Of a stretch of 64,000 nucleotides of DNA, positions 1 through 15,175 are shown piece by piece. The position numbers and the translations under genes are program-made. The notes beneath the pieces are model-generated. The model did no database searches. It was not told the DNA's origin and saw only the letters and a program-made list of their open reading frames with translations. The stretch covers positions 434,001 to 498,000 of the forward strand of contig CM035354.1 in the NCBI GenBank assembly GCA_020137815.1, given 5' to 3'. How positions within the stretch are numbered: position 1 is the stretch's first letter; each line of letters starts with the position of its first letter. Source of the DNA: Hormiphora californensis. Its lineage: Eukaryota > Animalia > Ctenophora.

Positions 1-363
1 AGGGGTATCATGTCGGTACTCCAAAATACAGGTGAAGATCCACTCCTTCCACCTCTTTATAAATGTGTACTGTAGGACCTAATAAATCTATATTAAATTT
101 GTCGATATAATCCAGTTTCTTGTGTAAACATTGCAGTTTGTGAATAATGATATGAATACGAGCATTTCTCATACTTGTAATTTTCTCAGAATGCAACAGT
201 CTGTGAATGATTTTCAGTTCCGTCCATTTCTCATACAGAGTTCCTCACTTCCGCATGCCCAACCATTCATAGTTATATCCTGCATTCTCACGAGGAAGTC
301 TCAGAGGGAGGGGAGAGAGAAAGAGATCAGAAAGAGAGAGGGAGGAGAGAGATGGAGGGAGAT

Positions 364-394
<31 letters not shown>

Positions 395-1254
395 AGAGAG
401 GCAGAGAGAGAGGGAGAGGGGGGAGAGAGAGAGAGGGATCTGTGAGTGTGCTGGCTCGTGTACATGAACAATTCTTATCGAGTGCGTTTCCATGGTGACC
501 TCCAGTTAGTCTGACCAATTTCACCCCATCAACCACCCACTGCATTGAAGGATTCAAAGAAATGGAGAGAGAGAGAGAGAGCGAGGGAAGGATGAGATAG
601 AGAGAGAGAGAGAGAGTCTTGGTCTTGGTCTGGATGAATGATACTTGTTACACGGCAATCGTTCCTTTGTCATCACGCACTGTAGAGTTTACAGTGCGGA
701 AGTTGCACTTTGTTTCATAAAGAGAAGAGAAAGCGTGCTCTGTGAGGGTTCAGTAGATCAACACCGCACTCCTACACAGAAGCCTTACCTACCCTGCTTG
801 TCAATGCATTACTCAACAAGCTTGTCAGGGGAAGTGTGTGTTAAAAGAGCATGTACTTCATGTCTCACTGAATTAGCTTTGAACTTTGATACGCTTTGAT
901 GTTGTGGTACTGGTATGTAGTTCTAAGAACTATTATGAACTATTAAGAACTATTAGTTCTTGAAACATTATATATTCTACCAAAAAGGGAAGGAATGCAC
1001 CAATAGACCACGGTTATTAGAGTTCAATATTTCATTCGTAATTGCTCACGGTTACGGAGTTAGCCCATGGACTCCATGATGGAGTCGAGTAGTGCTAGGG
1101 TGAATATTAAACCAAATTGCTTTAGTCGGGAAGGGAAGAGCATGGTTACTTGCATGAGCTAAAGCAGTTGATAATAAATGAATAAACATAGGTTTGCTGT
1201 CGCCAGAGTACCTAACTATCTAATTGCAGTCATATTAGTATTACCCTTACCCCC

Positions 1255-1305
<51 letters not shown>

Positions 1306-1335
1306 CCTCTCCCTCTCTCTTCTCTCTCTCTTCTC

Positions 1336-1407
<72 letters not shown>

Positions 1408-1430
1408 CTTTTCTCCTCTTCTTTCCCTCG
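1255..1430. repeat. (CT)n/(GA)n microsatellite, representative of many tracts
   Basis: Similar tracts near 300-435, 2185-2270, 3470-3890, 5935-6080, 7755-7855, 8195-8255, 12745-12895, 13345-13400, 16615-16762, 25585-25760, 26765-26810, 37740-37960, 39166-39270 and 63300-63570. Confidence 0.97.
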
Positions 1431-2182
1431 TGGCCTCTGGTGCAGTATTCGATGTGTGCTCCTATTCTGTCGCTCAGTCCGACTCAGTATTCCTATTTTA
1501 ATCTCCTTTTCTATTCATTTCCCTACACATAAGGTGCTCCCTTAGCACTGGACACAGCTCTCCAATAGTCTTCCTATAGCCCATTGTTGGTGTAGTTCTG
1601 TTACTTAATGCTATGCAACTTCCCCGTTCCTGTTTCTCTACTACATAATGATGAATCGTACTGGGGGTGGGCTGGGGGGAGGGGTTATAAATCCTATTTA
1701 GAGTACTCCCATTATTGATTATATATATAGTACGGGGCGGGGGTGGCTGTTATGAAACACGATGATGCTACCAAATAGCATGTAAGTGTAACCAGGTAGC
1801 GCTATGCCAGGATATAGGGTTGTATTAGGTCTGTATTTTGTCTGCTATTTCGAGACTGATGAACTGAATTTACTTAGATTCTTGTAATTAATGGATCTGC
1901 TAATGTAAGCGGCCGGGATGTGGCGGTTGGAATTGATATTTGAGGTGGTAGTTGATCTCTTCCTGGATGTGGCGAATTTCGAAATTAATGTGCGTTTATT
2001 ATTTTCTAAACTCAAGAATTAGAACTACCACACCTCAATGGAGATCTGCTAATAACACTAGTATTATTAGTCAGTAGGAGTTGAGTAGTAGTAACCGGTG
2101 CTGAACATTTTAGGAAAACCACTGCACAGCTGCAGCCCATGTTATACCACTACCACTGTCTTTGTGTGTGCATCTCTCTATT

Positions 2183-2262
<80 letters not shown>

Positions 2263-3846
2263 CCTCCCTCTCTCCCCACTCTATAGGATCATATATAGGG
2301 TGGAAATCTGTGTATTTCCACAGCACTGAATCACCCACCCAAATCGTATACCACTGTGATTTCACACCTGTAACCCTTCATACCTCAACTACCCTGGTAA
2401 TACACTATAACTACCAATCCTCTGTTCTATCTATCTATCTAATTCTATCTCATTCCGTATTGACTCATTGAATCTATTTCTGAGTTAGTAGCATGATTAC
2501 AATATGTCTCTTATCTTGACATCATTCTACTCCCTCACTTTTCATTCTCTCTCCTTCTCTCTCTCTTCTCTCTCTCTCCTCTCTCTCTAGTCTCACTCTC
2601 CTCTGACTCTCCTGTTGTTTCCTCACAGGCACTACAAATTCTCTCTGTGAATATTGCTAATTTTCATTATCCCGTGTTTTGTTGTGCCCAAACCTTTACC
2701 AAAATAATATGAATTACAATTTTTTTTAAATCCCTTTTTTGTTTGTCCGTGTAAAATTTAGGCCCGCCCGAAAACCCCGTTGAAATACCATCTTACTTAA
2801 TTCTTTCTGCTCCTTTCCCTCCTCCTCCCCCCTTTTGAACCTTAAAACCTACTCCCCCACCAAGGACAAAAAATTGGGGGATTCCCGGGGGACACAGCTG
2901 TCCCCTTCGGGAACCTTTTGATTTCACCCGATGATTTCCAAAAACCAAACCAAACCAAACCACCCTCTGGTCAATCGGTAACCAACAAACTGAACCCGTA
3001 ACTCGTCATGGAATCCTGATCTTTCTCAGTTATTTCCGGATACCAAATCCAGTTCTTATGAAAATAAAATTTTCCCCCTCAACGCCCCAAAAAATCCTTA
3101 TTTCAGGGTCTTGGGTTTTCTTAATGAGTCTGTCTGGCCGCGAGCCGCCACCCTCCTGATTGCATTGCCGTTAAAACCTCCGGGGGCTAAATAAAATGGG
3201 AAGGGGGGGACAATTTCCCCTTTTTTTATACTTTTGATTGAGAGTTGCCTAGCGGGGCCCTTAAATATTTTCTATGCCATTTAAAATTAATATTGGACTC
3301 TAAGTATAGTGTTGCCTAAAATAACAGAACGTGAAATTGTCCTCAACTTCTCTCCGTCTCCAAAGTTCCTAGATGAAGAGAGATCTGTGCATAATCGCGT
3401 AATATGCGTTGTGATTAAACTCTGGTTATTATGAAGGGGTGTTAATAAAAGAAAGGAAGAAGGAGGGGAGAAAATAGAGAGTAAGGGGAAAGAGAGAAGA
3501 GAGATAGAGAGTAAAAGAGAGAGAGAGAGAGAGAAGAGAGAGGGGAGAGAAGAGAGAGAGAGAAAGAGAAGTAGAGGAAAGATATAAATTGGGGGAGAAA
3601 AAAAGGGGGGTGCCTTGCTCTAGGTAAAATAAGGAAATGAAACGAAATGATCAGGACAAACAACTGTGTGTGCACCGATCATTATAAGCAGAGATCTGAA
3701 TAGAGATGAATAGAGAAAAATGGAAACCTTCTTTTTGTTCTCTCGTCCTCTCTCCTCTCCTCTTTCTTCTCTTATTCTCTCTTCCCTCCTCCTTTTTACC
3801 TTCTTCCTCCCCCCTCTTCTTTTCCTTCCTCTCTCTCTCTCTTCTC

Positions 3847-3885
<39 letters not shown>

Positions 3886-5981
3886 TTATATACAATATCT
3901 TCCTCCTTGTTTCTTCATTCCTCACTTTCCTGCAGTTGGCTACCGTGTTGTTCTGCAAAACTGGAACAAGTGTGTCAGCTTAAAATTGGATGCTTCCATG
4001 ATACCTGCTTTAGCTGTTTAAGAGACCTCGTACAGTTCGAATCTATCTTCTTTTTTCTTTCTTTTTTCTTTTTTTCCGAGTCTATCCATTTCTTTAAATC
4101 TCCTATTCTTCTTTTGTTAAGATATGATCGCAAAAGGCAAGCTTCCCCTCGTCCGACCCGAAGTTGGGAGATTCGTCGAAAAAGAACCTTCAGGCTGTTA
4201 AAATATTTTTTTTATGCGGGGGCGGGCCTTTTTTTATTTTTAGTAGGGGCGGTTTGTGGGAAATTGGGTCTGGTTTTAAAATTTTATTTTGATTGATTTT
4301 TGGGACTCTAAAAAAGTCCCAAAATACCATCCCACGGGCTCTACCCAAAAAAAACCCCGGTTTACTTTTTTCGTTTATGTGATTTATGACGTTACCCAAT
4401 TACATAATAAACCGTTCCTGGTTTACTTTAGCTTAGATTTTTATACCAGCTGATAGAGGATCCTAGATTTTTCCCTTTTGGGTGGACCAAGTGGGATTTA
4501 GGGGTTTAGGTCGCATGGGAGGCGACTGGCCGTTCGATCGGGCTCGATGAAAGGTGAAAAAAAAGGGGCCCGACCTTGGGCCCCCCCCGTTCTTGGCTTA
4601 TTGGGTTTTTCGGGGTTTTCCCCCCAAAATATTTTCCCGCCATTAAAATGCTTATTTTTTGCCCCCCACTGCCATGCACATTTTTTTAATTGCTTATATT
4701 AATTTGAAATCAATTTGAATATTCCCACTTTTTTAGACCTTTTTTATATGCTTGAACTCATTACTGCAAAATTTTGGGCCCTTATTTTTTAGCCCCGAAC
4801 AAAATATTTTTAAAAGCTCAGGGGCAAGCTCCGGGGACCAGAAAAAATTCCCTTTTTTAATTGCTTATAAATTTAATTGGTAATTAATTTTTAAAATTCC
4901 CCCCTTTTTTAGACCTTTTTATTGTTGAAGGCATTCCTACAAGTTTTAAGTCGATATTTCAAGCAGATCGGAGATAATTGCGGGTCAGGTGCCCCTGGGC
5001 CCCTTTTGTTGTGGGGGGGGGCAATTTTAAAAATTTTTAATGTTTTTAATAATAAGTAAAAAAACAAAATCAGGGTCCGGGTGACTCTCAGTTATACCAC
5101 AGAAAATGCCTACAAAATTTTGATCGATATGCAAACGTGTGGCCCCAGTTTGAATTTTAAATTGCCAGGGGGAGTTTTTTTTTTAAATGCCCCGGGGCAA
5201 AAATTTAGGGGCACCAGAAAAAAGTCCTTTTGGGGTGCCTTATAAATATTATACTTAAATTTTTTACATTCTAATTTTTTTAGACATTTTTTTTTTGAAG
5301 AGCATTTCCACAAAATTTAAAATCGTATTTAAGAGAGGGAGAAAAATTTTTGGTCAAACTCCCAAAACACCCCCATGCCAGGGGCACGGTTTAGGGCTAC
5401 TTTTTAATACCTATAATTAATTAATTAGGCAAAAAATCAAAAATCCGGCCACGTTATGACACGTAGTTATTACCTAGAACACGCCTACAAAATTTCAGGT
5501 CGATATCTCAAAAATTTTTGGCCACAATCGCTGCCTGAAAATTTGCCAAAACCCCCCCCCAAAAGAAAGAAAACTACGTTTGTATATATAGGGCCGGCTT
5601 TTTGGATTTGGTGCAGGGGCAAAAATTTTTTTTTCTTCGTTTTTTCTGTTTTCTTCGGGTCGGAGGTGCCTGCCGGCACCTAAATATGTTTTATGCTATT
5701 TTCTTGTTGGGTGTGGCTATTGTGAGCTGGTAGTGCTGTGGTGCTGAGTCGATGTGTGTTGATTGAGTAGACAAGCCTGTTCTGAGTTACATCCGCGTAT
5801 CAATAATCTGTTGCAGTTTTTTTACAGTTTTTACATGTTATCAGTCTGCAAGGCCATGAACCTCTCTTTACTCCTCTTCTCTTTCTCAGCTCGGGCCTCC
5901 CCCACACTTTATCTCTCTCACTCTATCCCCCCCACTCTCTGTCTCTCTCTCTCTCTCTCTATCCCTCTGTCTCTGTCTCTC

Positions 5982-6053
<72 letters not shown>

Positions 6054-6976
6054 TCTCCCTCTCTATCCCTCTATCTCTCTCACCCACGGCCTCTTTTCCT
6101 GGCACGTGCAAGTTAAAAGGCGTTTAGGTCAGCTCGTTTTAAAGTCACATCCCATTGCAGAATATAGTCCTATCTATCTCGAGTTGTTGACTCCATGTCT
6201 CTCTTGTTCTATCTCCCTCTATCTCCCTCTATCAACACGTTCCTCCCGTGCATGCCAAGTTGTTTAATGGAACTATCTCTATTGGGGAAATCAGCTCCCC
6301 CCCCCCTCTAGATCTAGTTGAGCTTGATCCGCCATTTTCCAGGAATCTGTCTAATTTGACATCTATGCTATTGAATCAGTGCTTTGTATTACAGATCTAA
6401 GGAATATTAACCCTAACCATTCCCCTGTCTAGCTCGATTTATATGGCCCGGTGATGCTCAAGAGGAGCGACTAAAAGACAGAGATCTGTGATTTAATATG
6501 GACGACCTATCGGCGTTGCCCCGGAAACAAGGATTAAACAAGCCCCGGTCCAGGTCCCACTCTGTCTTTGTGCACGGGAGTACAGCCACACCATTCTTCA
6601 AACCCCAGGTATGAACCTTTGTTGTTGTGTGTGTTTGTTTTCGTGTGTGTTGGTATGTCCGTTTGTTTGTTTTCGTGTGTGTCGGTATGTCTGTTTGTGT
6701 GTTTTTTTGCTCGATGGTTTGTGTGTTTGATTACTGGTTGGTTGGTTTGTGTGTTAAATTTATTTGTTTGTGCCAAATTTGGATTTACAAAAAGAAAATA
6801 TATTGGGGTAGTGGTACACCAAAATTTGGTCATCATGTAACGGCTGCTGCAGTATAGACGCATGCCGGCCGCCGGGCAGGACGATTGCACGTTATCAAGG
6901 CGAGAACGCGGCAGAGTACGCCATAGTTCAATAATAAATGGTTTAGGCCACTACTGCTGCTGTCATCCTCTATAAT

Positions 6977-7710
6977 AACGGGTGATAACTAAAAGATGTC
7001 ACAAATTCAAAACAGCTGTATAATTTTTCCCTTTTGAGATACAGCTTCGGGCCAGTTATAAAACGATTTTTCAGACAATTTTGAATCGGAATAATATAGG
7101 AAAGAAAAAAAAGTTTTTTTCTTTGCGATATGGATCATTTCTTTTGCCCCCCCCCAAAGCATTTAGTAGTGAAATTAACCTTTCTAGCACTCTAGCACCT
7201 GTTTATTCAAGATTCGTTCGGGACGTGATTAGAATGATTTATCGGGACAATTTTGAACAAATTAACTTTGTTTAAAATTTCAAAAATTTAAAATTTTCCT
7301 ATCAGAAACTTTTGTAACAAAGCGTAGTTTACAGGTTTTGAGAAAACGCCCTTTCGACGATCTCTTGAAAAAATTTAAAGACCCTGAAAACCCCAAATTT
7401 TTTAATGAGCTAAAAGTTCAAAATTGGCGTATTTTACATAGCATAACAACCAAACCCCCAATTATTAAATTTTTTTCCATCGGGAAAAATCATTTTGATC
7501 ACATAGAAGTTTCAAAACTCCGTACTACATGCTTTACTGGATAAGTGAAAGACAATATCGATAAAAAAGAATTTTTAGGTTTTGCCGGGTTAAATATTTT
7601 CCGATTCAAAATTGTCTGAAAAATCTTCTATAACTGGCCCCCGGGTGTATCTAAAGGGAAAAAAAATTTCAGCTGTTTAAAATTTTTGACATCTTTTTGT
7701 TTTACCCTTA
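6977..7710. mobile_element. Degenerate Tc1/mariner-type MITE
   Basis: Imperfect ~110-bp inverted arms sharing TTCAGACAATTTTGAATCGGAA / TTCCGATTCAAAATTGTCTGAA; GGGTG..-type ends; boundaries approximate. Confidence 0.65.
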
Positions 7711-7774
7711 GTAGTTAGCTGATCCTTTTTCCTTGCCCGAGACCCCCCCCCCCCCCCTCTCTCTCTCTCCCCTT

Positions 7775-7858
<84 letters not shown>

Positions 7859-8192
7859 CCGCTGATCCCCCGTCTGAAGTATTTAATGTCGGACAGACTA
7901 TAATTCTGCTTGTCACTAAACTTGTTTATTAGCTATCTTAGAGTTACTAAGGGAAGAGAGTAGATTAAGCTTTATATTGGTACTGACAAAATACGCTAAA
8001 ATCTCACCTTTCTATCTCTCATTTCATATTTAAGTTTCTTCTTTCATTTCTTGCATTTGAGTTTCTTTTTTCCTCGTTCCTGGAAGCCAATTTCCGGAAA
8101 CAAAGCTTAAGGGCCCGCTACTAAGGTGACGTCCTGGCTACAAAATAGCCGAACGGATCCTTCCTTGGATCCGACTCCAATGTACTCCAAGG

Positions 8193-8244
<52 letters not shown>

Positions 8245-10429
8245 CCTCTCTCTTTTAGGTGTTATTGCTTTAAAACCTAATTTTCTAAAACTTTTGTGAT
8301 CTAAGATTCTTTGACGTCGTTTTTATTTCCCAGTGTGGTGGCGGTAATATACAATTAATATGGGGACATAAAAACACTAGAAAGTGTGATCATTTATATT
8401 CACACGACCTGCTCGTGACTTTTTTCATTTTGTTGTTACCGTCACTGAATTCATTTTGTTGGCGACACAATTCAAGTTGCTGACGTTGCAACTCATTTCT
8501 TTTGTTAAGACCATAGAATGAAGTTGTGTTTCTTTGCTGTTTATTTTAATGTATGTGGTACATATATAAAACGGCTGTTTTAGGGCATTGGGTAAATTGG
8601 GCAGTGGTGAATCAGTTGGGCAAGGGACAAGTGTGAATGAGTTAGAATGAATTTGGTTTTATGCCACATCTACTACGATGCATTCTTTTCTCTCTTCTCT
8701 CTCTATCCTTATCATCTATCTCTTCTCTCTGTCTCCCTCTCTCCCCCTCTATCTCTCTCCCTCTCTCTGTCTCTCTCTGCTCTCTCTCTCTGTCCCTCTC
8801 TCTGTCGCCCTCTGGCTTGCTCTCTCTCTCCTCTCTCTATCGTCTCTCTCGTCTGCGATACTTCTCTCTCCGTCTCTCATGCGCTCTCCTCATCTCCCTT
8901 AGATCTCTCTCCTCTCTCTCTCTCTTCTCTCTTTCGCTCGTCTCTCCTCATCTCTCCCTGTCTCACTCACCATGCAACAATGTAATGAGTTTTGTTATTT
9001 ACCTGAACAAGCTGCAGCTGCGAACACGTACGTGTGGTTGTAGGTACGAGTCTTCTCTTTTTTTCTACCTCTTTCTCTCTCTTTCTCACTCTGTTTCATT
9101 CATACTCGACTGAAGACTCGACAACCTTGTTAATTGGGGGGGGGGGGTTACTAGGCTATTACTGCAGAACCGTTACTCAGATTAGCATGTCCTTCTTAAT
9201 CAAAGTCTGTATATAATATATCAACAATGATCTAGTTGTAGATCTCACGAGATCAGCCCGACTGATCACTAGATCACAGTCGATACCCCACGGGGTGGTT
9301 AGGATTATATTGCAGATGAATATATCACCTAGATATTAGATAACACAGTAGTAGTGCAGTTAGTTCATGTAGCTCAGGTGTTCACAGATAATATTATGAG
9401 ACATGCTCATGAATTTTTTGTCAACGTGAAATTTAAACTCATGTAGTATCATGTTTGGTTGAAATCATTTGAGTCACTGATTTGGGCAGTGTCATATCTC
9501 TTTTAATCAAGAATCCTCCGAGTCTCACGACTCATAGACCATTTATGACCTGCAGTGCAGCACTTGGGATGGAATTCCTATTATATCAGTATTGACAGTT
9601 GACAACCCCCAAACTTTTGTGCCCAAATATGTAATGGCATTTGGTAGAAAACACACTTTTGAGAAGACCGACTGACACTTTTTGACTGACACTTCGCAGG
9701 AAAAGGAGAGAGTAAGACGGAACATACGGGGTGTTCATTTTTAAAATGTTTAGGATAAAAGAGTTCTGGGTGATAGGAGGGCAATTGTGGGTAGGTTATT
9801 GGAAGCGCGTGTCTCTGCTCTCGCTGTAACTCTCATCGCGTCGCCCTAGCCCGGCAGTCTCACTCTGCTCTAACTCTTCTCTCTCGTCCCCCACCTCTAC
9901 GCGTCTCCCTCCAGCCCTCTCTACCACTCGTGTCTCTCATACCACCCTCTTCTCTATCTCCTCTCCCTTCCCAAATTGTCTCGTCTCATCTCTAGATGTC
10001 CTCCTCTCTCTCTCTCTCTCTCTCTCACACACTCTCCCCCTCTCTCTCCTTCTCTCTATCTCTCTCTCTCCCAAATGTGTCAATTTCACAGTATGAAATC
10101 TCGTAAGGAAATGTCATACAGGCTATCTCTTCCTTCCATTTGCATTATAATGCTAGCTCCATACATACATTCCCTCAGCCTCTTGCTTTTTGTCAGAGAG
10201 AATCTGTCTATTAGTGAGCGTTTTGGAAATCCTGACCGATAGTTAGATATCATATGCTAGCATACAGATCGAGTCATTATGTTTTAAAATCTATTCTTGA
10301 ATTTATTCTTTTTGAATTTTTTGTTGATCTTTTAGTTTGTGCACGACCGACCAGAGACAAACAAGAGGCAAACAAAGTGAATTAATGATTTGGCACCCTA
10401 GGATACGCCTCAAAGATATCCTAGCTAAC

Positions 10430-11440
10430 TTAGAGCTGGTATATCATAGCGCTGGCAAGCGCCCGGGGCCCAATCCTCCCTCCCCAACCATCCTTCCTTT
10501 AAAAATGTCCATTTTCCAAGCATTCTTGCCTCCAGTGAATGGAAAATCGAAATTGCGAAAAAAAATTTTTTTGAATTTTTTGAAATTTTTTGAAAATTTT
10601 GACAGCGCTACTATACTTATTGTCTGAAATCGGCGATTTCAACTTTGTTTTGGACAACCTTCCCGTTGTCCTACGAACTTGCCGCTTGGTAGTTCGTGTT
10701 GCCTTGACACCTAGAGCACACGTTTAAAATTTCATGCAAATCGGAGTTACGGTTTTTACGTTACAGAGGGTCGTATTTTAGACAAAATGTCCGTTTTTCG
10801 CGTCACGAACGACCGTAAAATAACCACTTTTTTGCGTAGTTAATAGAGGCCAGAGTTTTAAGGCTATCACCATGAAACTTTGGATAGAGAAAACGGACAG
10901 TCATAACAAAAGTTATGACTGTCTTAAGTTTTCTTTGGCGTCTAAGACAGCCTTCCCGTCGTTCTACGAATACGCCACTTGGTACGTAATGTTGTCTCGA
11001 CATCTTGAACACACGATCAAAATTTCAAGCAAATCCGAGTTACGGTTCTTCAGTTACGGGCATCTGACTGTATTAAGATGAAAGACGATTTTCAAAAAAA
11101 CCTAGAAAAGAGCAAATTAAACTATAAATCATGATTTTATCACATATATTTTGCCAACGTAGGTCAACTGCTGTATTTTCAGATATAATTGGAAGTCATA
11201 TCTAGATTTATGACTGTCTTAAATTTAAGACGATTTTATAAACGCCTAGAAAGAAGCGTTTCAGAGTCTAAATTAATATTGAATCAGATGTATTTTATAA
11301 AATAAGGTTTACAGCCGCATTTTCAGTTATAATGGGTAGTTACATCTAGAGTTATGACTGTCTTAAATATAAGACGATTTAAAAAAACCGAGAAAAGAGC
11401 GAATTAGCATCTAGAACCTGATTGTATCAGATATATTTGA
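10430..11440. repeat. Unclassified interspersed-repeat-like block with internal duplications
   Basis: ~95-bp diverged direct repeat (~10658-10755 vs ~10951-11048) and about three ~145-bp tandem units (~11070-11440); ends not defined. Confidence 0.45.
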
Positions 11441-11792
11441 TTATCAATGCTTATCCGTGATCGTTATCCGTTATCGAAATCAGAGATCTCTCTAGAGAAT
11501 AATCGCAGATAACTAACCACGACAACTCATCGCGAATGAGTAATATGATAGTTACCAATCGCGGATAGCTAATCGCAAATATAGCTAATCGCGATAGCTA
11601 ATCGTGATAATTAATCGCGATAACTTATAACGGATTCGTGATCAGCTATCCGCGATTGGTTGTCCGCGATTACTATCATATTCGTTATTCGCAATTGATA
11701 TCCGAGATTGGATATCTGCGATTGAAAAAGTCCGTGAATCCCCAATCCACGTTTATTAAACTCAGCTAAGTAGTATAACAAAATGCCTGATA

Positions 11793-12225
11793 CTAGATCC
11801 AAAAACCAAACAAGTTTGGTGGATAGCCGGGGCCGCAGAAATTTAAAAACGTGCGAAAGTTTTGATACATGAACTTTCGGGGCCTGGGGTGCTGTTAAAT
11901 TCGCGTTTCCATGATAGTCAGCCGTTCTTTCAAAACACACTATTATTCTGCAAAACAGACTCTGAAACGACCCACTGTGTGCAGTATATTATACGTGATA
12001 TGTGTCGAGCTGTATAATGTATGATAATGTGGAATCAAAAATAATGATAACTTGCAATCATTGCGATAGTTTTCCTGGAGTATAGTTTGAAAATGTTGCA
12101 TAATCATGGAAACGCGAATTTAACAGCACCCCAGGCCCCGAAAGTTCATGTATCAAAACTTTCGCACGTTTTTAAATTTCTGCGGCCCCGGCTATCCACC
12201 AAACTTGTTTGGTTTTTGGATCTAG
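11793..12225. mobile_element. 433-bp MITE with TA TSD
   Basis: TA|CTAGATCCAAAAACC ... GGTTTTTGGATCTAG|TA; ~120-bp arms that look perfect by eye. Confidence 0.88.
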
Positions 12226-12765
12226 TAATTGGACATATCTTGTCAAGTGGTAGGGTGCGCTAAGTACTTATCCAATCAATCATCTTGTGGGATCTAGCTG
12301 TCTTGGCATGTTAAAGAGTAAGAGAGGGAGAGAGAGAAGGAGTGAAAGTAAGAGGGAGAGAGTGAGAGAGGTACTTATGAGTAAGAGAAAGAGAGATATA
12401 TCACGATCATGTAGAGAGAGGTGGTAACCACCACGCGACCATTTAGTTCAGGGGTTCATCGTGAGAACCTGTCTCAAGATGAACCACTTAACTAAGTCTC
12501 ATTAGCTGCCACACCGTGATATATCTCGCTGAAATTTGTCCCCAACTCTCGTTACCCCTCTTTAGATCTAGATCAACCAGCGATCCATCACACCTAGCAG
12601 AGCTCTGTTTAGTGTTTACCTCTGTTTTTCACCCTCTCACTCATACATTTTCAAACATTGCAAACTCTCCACCACTCCCAACACTTCTATTGTCATTATG
12701 GAAATTCCTCTTCTCTCTATTTATGCCTTTGTGCGTGTGCCACTCTCTCTCTCTCTCTTTCTTTT

Positions 12766-12827
<62 letters not shown>

Positions 12828-13343
12828 TCTCTCTCCTTCTCTCTCTCTCTCTTTCTTTCTTTTTCTCTCTCTCACTCTCTCTCTCTCTCTCTCCCTCTTT
12901 CCATGCTCCCCTGGCTCTCTGCCTGTGCTTTCAATGACGTCACGTGTATACACACAGTACCTGTACTCAAACAATTGCATTGAGGCAGGGAAAAATAGAT
13001 ATTAAGAGAGAGGCATAGAGATAGAGATAGAGAGGGTGAGATCGAGAGAGACAGAGCTACAGAGAGACAGAGAGATAGAGAGATAGAGAGTCAGAGAAAG
13101 AGACTGAGAAAGAGAGGTAGAGAGATATAAGTAGACTATTCCTAAGACCATAACCATATAAATGCGTGCAATATATCCTGTATTAGATAGTATACCCAGT
13201 ATACCCAATCTATCTCTCGCTCTCTCCTGCTCAAGCCTTTTGTTACTTTTGCCTGCTAATCGTACGTGTGGTATGCATTTGCACGCAATATATTATACCA
13301 ACCAACCATGCACATCACACCTCCCACTAGGCACACGATGGTA

Positions 13344-13403
<60 letters not shown>

Positions 13404-14227
13404 ACCCTCCCTCCCTTGGACTCGTGTATAACTGTGCACACTTTGGAGACATAGACTAGCATATTATTCGCAGTTGAATGGCCGACACCTTTAATCTGCT
13501 GTACAACTGTAACTGCCTACTTTAATAACACCATGTTCCTTCAATTGCTCCGACAGACGAACAAATGACGTGGTTTGTGCGTCGTTTGTCAGTGTTTAAA
13601 TTGTGCCAATGGAACAGCGTGGGCACTTTTTCAATACCCCCCCCCCCCCATGGAACTGAGGTGTGAGATAGAGAGACTGTCTGACTAGGAGCTTTATATG
13701 ACTAACCGTTTAACCGCAAAGAACGAAACTATTTAGCCCAAATGATCATATTCTAATGATGTAAGTCTTTCTAATTTCGGAGACGTCGCATTTGTTTCAG
13801 GGGGGATTTCTTCCCAGTTCGTAGAGTTAACTATCCCTTGGTTAAGTGAGAGACGGGGGTTAGACGGTTCCCCTCTGGCTAAATGTTTATTTTCTCTCCC
13901 AACTGCACCCCCCTTGATAAAGTCTGGCAGCTAGTTCTTGTCTTAAACGTCTCGGCATTTTATACGCCTACGTGCAGTTCTTGCTCTAATAATGTTTTGA
14001 ATTTATTTTTGTTTTAGCTGGAATGAATATAATGATACCCATGAACGTATAAAGAAAGCTACAACAAAACATCAAAGGATATTAATTTGGAGTCACCTAG
14101 ATACATCATCTACCACCCAGTTTGAAACAGGAGTTCCCACTTTCTAATCGAACAGCTCCTAAGTGAAACAAGATCAGCCCCATCTACAGGCACCATATCC
14201 GATTTATGGTATTTTTCTGCTGTACAG

Positions 14228-14484
14228 TGAATGTCCTACGTGGGAGCCGTGGGAAGCACAACAACACAGTTAAACCAGTTGCCAGCACTACCAGCAGCAG
14301 CACCCGCGGGTCTGGTACCTGTACCACCAAGACTACCACAACCAAGATCCGATACCAGGAGGCGAGGAGGAGATTATCCCTGCAGAATAATAGCTCACAC
14401 AGGAAGTTATCTCACCATCAGATTAGGAGAATTTCTACTGCGGACATTCTACGTGATGATGGTGGTGCGGACTCCTCACTTAAG
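14228..14484 (+). CDS. Candidate exon of an unidentified gene (S/T-rich; RRRLS, RKLS, RRIS)
   Basis: gtacag|TG ... AAG|gtacat, open frame with three basophilic kinase-type motifs; no homology recognised. Confidence 0.3.
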
Positions 14485-15175
14485 GTACATGTTGGGGGGC
14501 TGATGGTGCGGACTCCTCTGCACGAAAAGTACATGTTGGGGGGGCAGACTCCTCGCTAAAGGTACATGTTGGGGGGGGGGGTTGGTGGGGCGGACTCCTC
14601 GCTAAAGGTACATGTTGGGGGGGGGGGTTGGGGGGGGCGGACTCCTCGCTAAAGGTACATGTTGGGGGGTGGGTGGTGCGGACTCCTCACTAAAGGTACA
14701 TGTTGGGGGGAGGGGGGGGGGGGTGCGGACTCCTCGCTAAAGGTACATGTTGGGGGGTGCGGACTCCTCGCTGAAGGTATGTTGGGGGGGGGGGGTGCGG
14801 ACTCCTCACTAAAGGTACATGTTGGGGGGTTGGTGGTGCGGACTCCTCACTAAAGGTATGTTGGGGGGGTGCGGACTCCTCACTAAAGGTATGTTGGGGA
14901 GGGGGGTGCGGACTCCTCGCTAAAGGTATGTTGGGGGGGTTGATGTTGCGGACTCCCCTGCACGAAAGGTACATGTTGGGGGGGGGGGGTGGACTCCTCA
15001 GTGAGTCCTCACTAAAGGTATATTGGGAGGTTGATGGTGCGGACTCCCCTGCACAAAAGGTATGTTGGGGGGGGGTGGTGCGGACTCCTCACTAAAGGTA
15101 CATTTTGGGGGGGGGGTCGGTGCGGACTCTCCTGCACGAAAGGTATGTTGGGGGTTGATGGTGCGGACTCCCCAC
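14455..15175 (+). repeat. G-rich minisatellite, ~18-19 copies of 33-47 bp
   Basis: Core GGTGCGGACTCCTCACTAAAGGTA(CA)TGTTGGGGG with variable G runs. Confidence 0.95.
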
